In this document: positions 11,941 to 22,500 of the stretch, piece by piece | Layout of the letters: the number at the start of each line of letters is the position of its first letter | How positions within the stretch are numbered: the first letter of the stretch is position 1 | Source of the DNA: Jimgerdemannia flammicorona | Lineage: Eukaryota | Length of the DNA: 40,156 nt | Direction of reading: 5' to 3' | Assembly: GCA_003990765.1 (NCBI GenBank) | Contig: RBNJ01000126.1 | Span: 1 to 40,156 of the forward strand | Notes under the pieces: generated by a model | What the model was told of the DNA's origin: nothing | The model's database searches: none | Seen by the model: only the letters and a program-made list of their open reading frames with translations | Translations under genes and position numbers: made by a program

Positions 11941-14900
11941 TAATCATGAGGCTTCTATCATATTTCAATATAGTAGGATCTTTTTTCCAATTTGAATAGG
12001 TTCTAGGATCTTGTAATTCTTTTCTACATTCTTCCTTATTAGTACTTATAACTTAATAATATAATCTTCTGTCTTTTTTCTAATTTAGTATAGTTTCTGG
12101 ATTTCTGAGTTAATCTATCACTAAGTTAGATCTAGATTTATAGCTGAGGTTCTATCAGAATCTTCTTCTCTAAAGAGCAGTTCTCTTGAGATAAAGTATA
12201 TACTTTGTAACCATATGTCTTATAAAATAGAGAGAGTAGTTGAGAGGTAGTTATCTCAATTTTTATATATATCTGAGATCTTGGCCAGGATGTTTTTGAG
12301 GGTCTTATTTATTCTTTCTTTTTATTCATTTCTTTGAGAGTGATATGTGGTAGTTTTAATATGCTAAATCTTATATTTCTGATATATTATCTCATAAAAT
12401 CTATTGACAAATTCTGTGCCATAGTCTGTGGTGATTTGTCTTAATGTCTTGTAGCAGCAGATAATTTCTCAATACAAGAAGTTAGTAATAGAGAAAGTAT
12501 TGACTTTTTGTAATACTTCTGCTTCTATCCATTTAGTAAAGAGATCTACAATAACTATAATATAGTAGTTTCCTGATAGAGTTACTGGTAGTGGTCTAAT
12601 GATATCTATTGTAATATAATAGAAGGGGATAGATTCAATTCTTAATAACCCAGATACCTGATCTTACTGATCTTTTTTCTGTTTTTGGCACTTATTACAC
12701 CTTTTAACAAATTGGTATAGATCTTCTTCTATCTTAGACCACTATATAGTTTTTCTTACCTTGTTGTATATATTAGTTTCTCCTAGATATCCTTATTTAT
12801 ACACTTTTTTCATTACTTAATACTTCTTGTATTCAGGTATGATGAGCTTTTCTTCTTTTCTGAGTAAGCCCCTCCTTCCTCATCTATGATTTAACCCTCT
12901 ACATGCTACCCCTAGTACATATGATTAATTCTCTCTTATGCAGATAATACTCAAATTGTTTCTAAGTTCAGTTGATGATAGTAATGGTCTAGGGTTCAAA
13001 GTAGTTGAATATCTTCTACTGCCCAAGATAGCTGATTAATCTATAATATAGCTTCTTATTTATATTAAATAGTCTTGATGAGAGTGTTTTGGGATATCCT
13101 TGAAAGTATATCAGCATTGATATTGGTTCTTTCTGAGCAGTGTTTAACAGTATAGTCATACTCTTACAGTCTGTAGATCTATCTACTATGTATATATTCT
13201 TTTAGAGTTCAGAGTGTAGAATAGCCAGGTGAGAGCAGAATGATCTGTTTGAATAGTAAAGTATTTTTTAGCTAGATAATAGTAAAACTTATCTACTGCT
13301 CAGACTACTGCTAAGTATTTAAGCTTATATAACTTATAGTTCTATTCTACTTCATAGATACCTTGGCTTGCATAGGAGATGATATATTTATATCTATCTT
13401 TCTTCTGAGCTAGTACTGTTCTAAGTCCTATAGTACTTACATCTGTCTATAAGATGAACTCTAGATTCCAGTCTGGTCTTCTGAGAATAGGTGCTTGAGT
13501 CAACTTGATCTTGAGTTCATTGAAGGTTTCTTGATATTTCTTGGTCTATTTAAACTTGATCTCCTTCTTCAGTAGCTTATAGATAGGTGCTGCAATGTTG
13601 GAGTATCCTTTGATAAATCTTTTATAATAAGAGGCCAGTCTGAGAAAGACATAGACTGCTGTAGTTATTCTGGGTCTTGGATAGACTACAATAGTCTCAA
13701 TCTTTATAGAGTCTATATAAATTATAGTCTAATTGATAATATGTCCTAGGTAGATAATTTTTTAAGCTACAAACTTATACTTCTTAAGCTTGATATAGAG
13801 ACTATACTCCTTGAGCTTCTTGAGGGCTAACTATATATAGTTGAAATATTTCTATACAGTGTTACTAAAGATGATCATATCATCAATATAGATAAAGAGT
13901 CATTTTTTAATTTCATTATTAAAGACTTTATTTATCATTTACTAAAAACTTGCTAAAGTATTGTACATTCCAAATGGTATTCATAGATAGACATAGGTAG
14001 CATTAGGTGTGATGAAGGCTGATTTCTTACTGGTATCTTAAGTAAGATCAATCTGATGGAAGCCTGAGAATAGATCTAAGATAGTATAGTATTTGGCTTT
14101 GCTTTTAAAGATAATAAAGATTTCTTGAATATTTAGTAAGAGCTGTCTATCCTTCTTAGTAATTACATTGAGCTTCTTGTAATCAATACAGAGTCTTGGG
14201 GCAAACTCTCCAGACTTGCTTTCTTTCTTTAGAGTGAGGATAATAGGTGAAGTCCAGAGACTAATAGCTTGCTTAATGATATCAGCTTCTTCCATTTCTT
14301 TGAGTTCTGCTTGCAGTCATTCTCTGTAGGCAAGTAGTATAGGTCTGGCTTTCTGATAGATGGGCTTAGTATCACTGGTGTCAACTTTATAGTAATACTT
14401 AGATTCTTGATTATAGATATTCCTGAAGTCTGTAATAAGTACTTCTTAATTCTGATACAAGATTTTGAGAAGTTGTCCTTCTAGAGAAAAGTTTTTTCCA
14501 ATAGTATATATGTACTTGTTCTGGTCCTTGTCTTTCTTATACTTAAGTTTAGTAATCTTAGTAGTAGCATAGGCTCCTCTTTCAGTAGATCTAAAGCCTT
14601 GGTTTTTTCTCTTAGTCTTGATGAGTTTAATGACTTCAGTGATTTTAGGCTTTTTAACTTTGAATGGAGTGGTGGAGTTGTGATTCCTAATTATAAGAAA
14701 GATCTTGCCAATGTAATTAGGATCAATAACTCCTCCTTTAATTGAGATTTTACTCTTGACCAGACTGCTTCTGATCTTGATAATTCCAGTATAGTTTTCT
14801 GATAACTTGACTCCAATTCTAGTACCAAGTAGAGTGGTGGCCTGTGGTTCAAGAATAGTATTCTGGATACTAGCAAGGTCTATTCCTATAGCTCCTTTAG

Positions 14901-17082
14901 TCTTATATTCTGAGATCTTAGCTTTGGGGTAAAACTTCTTAATCTTGAGAGTGATATCTGGTTCTTATTTCTCTATATCATCACTATCAGCTTAAAGCTC
15001 TGGAGACTAGTCATCTTCTTCAGCTTTCTTTTTTACTTCAGCTGCTTCTTGCTTGATGGATTTTTCTAACTTCACTAATATAAAATCAGTAGTCATTTAG
15101 GTATTTAGAGCAGTATATCCTAGCACCATAGGGGCATCTTCCTTAAGAGGCATAGCCATCAATGATCTTGTTGTACTACTACTCATCTGTAAGCTTGGTT
15201 GTCTTACTATTATTCTTATACACTGAGTATATAAAGACTTCTGTATCCTCTTTATCTTCTTTCTCTATATCTGATAGTACTTCTTTGTAGACATTAATAG
15301 AGGCTCATATCTTTCTTCCTCTATAGTTGATCTGCATCTTCTGGACATTGAAGTCAATAATAGCTTTGGTCTTATAAAGTCATTGATTACCAATGAGAAT
15401 GTCATAGTTGGTAGTACTTACAATTATTATATCTACTAAGATGATAGTTCTTCTAATCTTGATGAGAACTTCTCAGATCTTGCCTAGAAGAGTAGCTTAT
15501 ATATTATCTGCTGTAATATAGACCATTCTGGTGGATTCTTCAATATCTCAGCTTAGGCAGTCAATTGCCTTCTTACTTATAAGGTATTCTCTAGTACTAG
15601 TATTGATAATAGCATCAAAGATATAATCTTCAATCTGATATTAGGTATAGGCTGAGGTCTTGCACTGATCTTCAGATTCTTTGCCTGAGTCTTCTTGTTC
15701 ATCTTCTTATATATTGTGAGTTTCTATGATCTTATACTCTTGGTTCTTGATAGTAGTTACAAGTTCTGCTCTCAACTACTGTCAGAAGGTGGAGACTTCT
15801 GCTAGTTATTCAAAAGTAGTATTGATCTTTTATTTCTTGAGATCCTTATAGATATCATACTAATGGACCTTGGTCTTGCACAGCTTCTGTTCTTTCTTAC
15901 TTTCACTTTCTTCTAAGACTGGAGTAGTATCTTCAATAATTTAGTAGATAGCTTCATCTAACTTTATATTTTGATCAATCTCCTCAGATTGGGTCTTACT
16001 TTAAATAGTGATAGTTGGGGTCTTTTTTGGTCTTCTAACTAGCTTGCTATTGTCCTTCTTGTTATAGAGCTTGGACTAAGTTCTGGTATCTTTAATAATA
16101 GGGTAGAATTCAGACTCTTTATAGTATTTTTCATCATCAGTATCACTAATCTCCTTGATGACTACTGCATTGGTTTGTTCTTGAGTTCTAGTAATATTAT
16201 TTGGTTGGACTCTATACCTGGTTCAGTTATGCAATTCTTTATATAGTAGCCTTCTTCTCTATATTTGAAGTATATAATAGTATATTCTTCTATAGTAGCT
16301 ACAAACCTCTATACTGATCTCTTGTTAGTACTTTATACTTCTCTAACAACATTACCAAGGTATGCAGTCATCTTGGCAAACTGCTGAGTGAGTTCTTCTA
16401 CTGAGTTGGCTTTAGCTATCTTAGGAGTAGGTGGGGATGGTTGTCTGTTGAGAGCTGTGGTAGGTATGATACTAGTTGGCTTTAGTGACTCCATCTTGAT
16501 GCCAGTTATCCTTTCTATTGAGTGTTCAGTAGGATATCTGGCTGTTCAATATCTCTGTACAAAGACCACTTTCTGATCAAGAATCAGAGCAGCTGGAGTA
16601 GACCAGATTACTAGGGCAATTTCATAGCAAACTCTTTTTAGGAAGATTGAATCAGCTATCTATTTCTTAAGGGTATCATTGTAGTTAGCTAAGATAATCT
16701 AGTAATAGATTTAAGTATAAAATGAGTTAGAGTCTTCATTGAGTCCTTGGCAGATAGTATTGAGTTGATCTTTAAGAGCTTGCTTGATCTCTTTAGTATA
16801 GTATATAGTTTTGAGAAAGTTCTTCATATTAGTAAGTTTGGCTATACTATTGTTAACAATAGTGGCTGCATTAAACTTATCTCTGGTAGGTCCTCTGAGG
16901 CTGATAGATAGGAGTACTAATTATACTTCAACATTAAGAGCTCATATAGTGGTAAATTGTTCAAAGTCTTTAATGAAGGTCAGAATTGACTCTTTAGTAG
17001 TAAATCTATAGAATGTAGATAGATGTATTTCTATTTTGTCTTGAATTCTTACAGGGGTAACTTTTGTAGTCAGGGTAGTTAT
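11941..17082 (-). pseudogene. gag-pol of Gypsy-A copy 2
   Basis: Decayed CCHC zinc knuckle at ~16225-16280, then PR, dUTPase (42-bp deletion), RT (FAPRLCIDYKKLN), RH and IN; heavily mutated. Confidence 0.9.
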
Positions 17083-17669
17083 TGTAGTAGTTGTTTTTTA
17101 TTTAGCTTAAAAGTGAGAGATCCTAATAGTATTATTAGCTAATAAGTACTAAGTTATCATATAGTGGGTGCTGAGTTCTTTAAGTATATCAGATTCTCTT
17201 CAAGATATATCTCTTAGACCAACTATAAGTTTCTTATAAGCAAGTTCTATTAGAGTATCTTTCCAAGGTCTTATAGTCCTCAAACTTCTTATCTTTAAAC
17301 TGTTCTGTTATCCCTTAGATTTACTTGCATAGAATTAAGTAGAGGACTGGAACTTTTATACTCTTGAGTAGTTGAGTACTTGAATGCTTGAGTGTTTTAA
17401 TACTGACTTTATTTTAAAGGAAATGAGAGAGGTATTTATACAGAATATAATTTAATAATTACTAAGATATAAAGCTAAATATAAAATCCAATAATTAAAT
17501 AAGATATTTAAATATAGAAAACTTCAGATTATAAGTATAAATTCAAGTGCCCATATAATTGATTGTATAAGATCAGAATGCTGGAATAATTTCTGACAGT
17601 TATATGAGATCAGAATACTGGAATATTTAAGTATTCAAAAAAATAGTTATATAAATAAATTAGAGTAGA

Positions 17670-19186
17670 CGGGACCTTTCACTCGGACCAAACAGTTGGC
17701 TCCGTGTCTAAGCCACCAGGATGGTGAGCTTCTCAAGTTTTGGAGGCCACAAATATAGGCTCCAAGGAGTGCCAACAGGTGTACCTCATCCCTTAGGTAT
17801 AGGAGTCCTGCCTGGTCTTTTCGGCGTAGTCATAGCTTCTAGTTTCAGCAAGTTACAAGAATTTCAAGAATTTTGGGGCAAGATGGGCAAAACGACACAG
17901 GCAAGACGGGCAACATGGGCAACACGGGTAACACGGGCAACACGGGCAACATGGGCAAGACGGGCAAGATGGGCAAAATGGCAAGACAGGCGACATAGGC
18001 AAGACGGGCAAAACCGGCAAAACGACACAGGCAAACCGGCAAAATGGGCAAGATGGGCAATATGGGCAAGACGGCAAGATGGGTGACATGGGCAAGATGG
18101 GCAAAACGGGTAAAACAACAGGGCAAGACTGGCAAAGCGGGTAAGATGGGCAACACGGGCAAGACAAGACGGGCGACATGGGCAAGATGGGCAAAACGGG
18201 CAAAACGACAGGCAAGACGGGCAAGACGGGCAAGATGGGCGAGATGGGCAAGACAGGCAAGACGGGCAAGACAGGTAACATGGGCAAGACAGGCAAGATA
18301 GGCAAGATGGCAAGATGGGTGATATGGGCAAGATGGGCAAAATGGGCAAAACAATATGGGCAAGATAGACAAAATGGGCAAAATGGGCAAGACGGGCAAA
18401 ACGGGCAAGACGGGCAAAATGGGCAAAATGAGCAAGATGGGCATAATGGGCAAGATGGGCAAGATGGGCAAAACGGGCAAGATGGGCAACACGGGCAAGA
18501 CGGCAAGACGGGTGACATGGGCAAGATGGGCAAAATGGGCAAAATGACATGGGCAAGACCAGCAAAATAGGCAAGATAGGCAACACGGGCAAGACAAGAT
18601 GGGTGACATGGGCAAGACGGGCAAAACGGGCAAAACGACAAGCAAGACGGGCAAGATGGGCAAGGCGGGTAACACAGGTATGACAGGCAAGACAGGCAAG
18701 ACGGCAAGTCGGGTGACATGGGCAAGACAGGCAAAACGGGCAAAACGACATGGGCAAGACGCGGGTAACATGGGCAAGATGGGCAAGACGGGCAAGATGG
18801 CAAGACGGGCTATATGGGCAAGATGGGCAAAATGGGAAAAATGACATGGGCAACGGGCAACCGGGCAAGATGGGCAAGATGGACAAGATGGGGAGGCACT
18901 AATAGGGGTAGGCCAGGTGCACTAGATACCAAGTACTTGAGGTAGTTGGGGCTCACAACCCATACCCACTCTTGGGTGGGGCAGGCTGGATAGGAGGATC
19001 TAGTTACTCGGGCAGTGAGGTCACAACTCACATCCTAAAGGTGCTTAGATTGTTATTGGTTTGGAAATTGTAGTGTGAGAGTAGGGTGGGGTGAGATGCA
19101 GAATGTGGCTGCTGGTATGGCATGAGGATTTTAGATAGTTAATAAATGGGGCTCCAGCCTATAAAGGAAAAAAATAAAATAAAATA
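17670..19186 (+). mobile_element. non-autonomous poly(A) composite retroposon with central VNTR (SVA-like)
   Basis: Perfect 17-bp TSD aaataaattagagtaga at 17653-17669 and 19187-19203; AATAAA at 19141; A-rich (AAAAT)n tail; the host LTR resumes on both sides. Confidence 0.85.
17876..18892 (+). repeat. VNTR of ~9-bp units, consensus GGGCAARAY
   Basis: About 110 units (gggcaagat, gggcaaaac, gggcaagac, gggtgacat), with 8-bp variants and recurring higher-order blocks. Confidence 0.97.
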
Positions 19187-19526
19187 AAATAAATTAGAGT
19201 AGAATGTTCAAAATCCTGGAGGTTAGAGATAGGATATCTTTAAAGAAAATTAGATTAGTGAATGTTTCTATAAGCATTTCATTTATTTTGCATATTTCAC
19301 ATATATCAAATAACAAGATGATATGTATCTTTATTAGTGATATCATTATGTTTGATAGTGGTAAGAAAGAGATCAGGGGCTCTCTAATCTATGATGTTTT
19401 TCTTTACAAAGTAGGAGACAAAGGTGGAATCTTGAGGGGGTCTGACCTGAATACTGGGGTCTTAGAATACTGAGATTAATTCTTACAGGAATTGATAAAT
19501 TATCCTGAAGGATGGGATTTTAGAAC

Positions 19527-22500
19527 TTTTTTTTTTTTTTTTATGGTCACTTAGACTCCTTTATTACCTATATTTATCTAATACAACTATGACCCTATAC
19601 AATAACTGTGACAACTACAAAGTACAAAGAAAGGCTTATTAGTCAATACTCTCCTTTTACTACACCTCTCTATCATCAAGCACTAGGTGCTCTCGACTCC
19701 TCTGTACAATATTCTATATCTTTCTCAAGACCCCTACTACTGTCTCTTTCCCTGATACCACTACTCTTATGCCATCTCCTGGAGTAGCTACCTCCACTGC
19801 TCCACTAATTCACTAATTCCCATCCATAGATCTCACTCCAACACCCATTACTAATATACTGCTATCAGGACCTAGACTTCTAAGATATAGCCCAGACTAC
19901 TCCAGACATTCCCAGTCTCTCCCACCAGCTATCACTTGACCACCTGACTAGTGGGGCCTCCTGGTTGCCTACTCTCAGAATTTCAATAATCTTCCAATGT
20001 CTGCCAATACCTCTCTATATCTGAACAAGCTACCAAGACATGCTCTAGCATCTGAACCATCTTCTTATCTACCTCACTATACTACTTATATTCCCTACTA
20101 CCTTCTATCTTCATCCATCCTATTCAGTAGCCCAGTATCACATTCTTTTTCAAGAATTGCCACCACACAACTCAATACTTAGATAGTACAACCTTGAGCA
20201 AGGATGCCCCCCAACTCCAGACCTAACTCTACTCTCAATCTTCACCAAACCCAGCCTTCTGCCAATCTACTGGCCACCTCTCAAGTGGGCCAGTTCTGAT
20301 CTATTCCATAGCCTCAGACAGAGAGTACTCTGTCAACTAGTAGTCACTAATGTGAAGGCTCTCTAGTTACTACCATCTCTACTCAGGATCCTCCCTCTCT
20401 CTCAGCTCCAGACCTATTAAACTTATTACCAGCCAGGCCTCTACAATACCCCACCAGAACTCCTTATACCACAATCTGCTGACTCTTCCCACCTGAAGCA
20501 AACCTTATATATCCTTCCAAACCTCACCATGGAGGCAGAACCTGATCTCCCAATTATCCATAGCCAGCCTGCCCCAACCATCCTCCCCTAGTTCAGCTAA
20601 TTGACAACTCCACCAACCCCAGAGTATCTTCAACTGTCTCCTGAAGTCCACCAGCCTCAGACCTCCATTTACTGTCTACAGTACTACTATCTCTCAACTA
20701 ATCTGCAGCCACATAGCCATCCTTCCACCACTTTCTTCAGCCTCTATACTACTTATCCAGAAAAATCCAGGTGGTATCTCAAATACCACAACTTAGGTAA
20801 CCAGTATATATTTAAAACTACAATTCTTCTCATCAAGGAGAAACTCCTTTCTGACCAATCTGTCAAAGCTCCTTTCTACTTTTGTATCATACTACACCAC
20901 TACTCCATTAGCAGTACCATTACATATACTGAAAACCAGATACCCAAATATTGAACTACTTTTCCTGTGGTCACTATTTGTCCAAAATACCCATTCTCTC
21001 CCAGACCAGCTCCAAGCTCCATTGTCTCACACTTGCCCCAATTCAATTTTGCTCCTGTCAGCCTCTCATACTGTCCAACCTCTTCCTGTAGGCCTTTCAT
21101 ATCCTCTAAGCAACTGAGCCTGACCACCATGTTATCTGCAAAACCCCCAGCTTCCAGACCATATTCTCCATCTATAACCCAGTCAACTATCCCTTCAATC
21201 AAACTAACAAAGGCTCTAAGGACAAAATATAGAGCAGAGGGGAAAGAGGATCCTCCTGTAGCACACCTCTACTCAAGGCAAACTCTGGGCCACACCACCC
21301 ATTCATCAGTACTGCTGCTTGGTAGTCTTATACTAGATTCATCAATCTTCAAGCATCTACTGCACCAAATCTTGCCTTCTGCAATACTGCCTTCAAATAG
21401 TTCTACTGCACTCTATAATATACTTTTTCTTGATCCAAAAAGACCATCCACCCATCAACTTACTAGCTCCTGCAGCTCTCTAGAACATTCTGCACCCAGG
21501 CAGTACTGTCTCTAATCTGCTTCCTCTTTATGAAGCCTCACTGGTCCTCACTCACCAAACAGCCAATCCACTACTACATTCTCTCAGCCAGAATTTTAGA
21601 CACCAACTTCCTGTCCATGTTCAGTAACATAATAGGTCACTAGTTCTACCACATATATCAATCTCCTTTCTCTTTATACAGCAGAGAGATAAACCTTAAA
21701 AAACTATTGCCAATTTAGCAGCCTTCTCTCAAAATGAAGTTTGCCATTTCTACTAACTATCTACCAAACTCATCCTAGAACTCCTTCCAGAATTTCCAAG
21801 ACAGCCCATCCTCCCCAGATAATGAATCAGCCTATACATTCCTCAGCACCTCCAATACCTCTTCAAGGATCACCATGTCCATCACTATCTCATCTATCTC
21901 AGGAACTGCTACCACTGGTCAACTGTCAACTAAATTGTCATTATTCTCCTATAAGACCTCTCCCTCCATAAGCTCTCCTTCATCCTACTAGAGAGCTTAC
22001 CATTGTCCAGAGACCTCTCTAAGTATATCTGCAATTTCAGTAACCTCAATACTATTCTCCCACAGTACTGAAGTCTAGCTATATTACACTCTTCTGACCT
22101 TCAATATATCTGATAAATATTTGGTAGACCACTCTCCTTCTTCCAACTGTCTTGCCTATAGCCTTACCAACAGACCATCTACAACTCTATTCTCAGCTGT
22201 CTTTAGATCCAACTTCAACTCAGCCACCTCTATGGCCAACTGAGAGTATCTCTCTCCTGATAAGTTTTCCCCTTTCAAAAACCTCAACTACTATCACAGC
22301 CCTCACTCTACTCTCCTCTATTTATCCTTCTGCTCTTTTCCAGCTACTTCCCCAACATCATACCAATAAGTATCTGTCAAATGTTTAAATTTACCCCACC
22401 ACTGCTCTATCTGCTATCCACTCTCCTTCCACTACATCACTTTCTGCCTTATAATAGCTACAAATTGTTTCTGCTCCACCTGCCTTCTGAGTAGAGCTAT

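Noticed and set aside
17670-17850. tRNA-derived SINE head or HDV/hammerhead ribozyme
   Set aside because: Only a weak A-box-like tggctccgtgt and no GTTCRA B-box; I could not fit ribozyme core motifs by eye (an Infernal search would be decisive)
17721-18886. Long ORFs on both strands (316-340 aa Pro/Cys/Leu repeats; collagen-like GKM/GQD)
   Set aside because: These are by-products of a stop-poor 9-bp repeat; frequent 8- and 5-bp units shift frames, so no frame appears maintained
17876-18892. CRISPR array or telomeric repeat
   Set aside because: No unique spacers or cas genes; units are degenerate and enclosed in a TSD-flanked insertion
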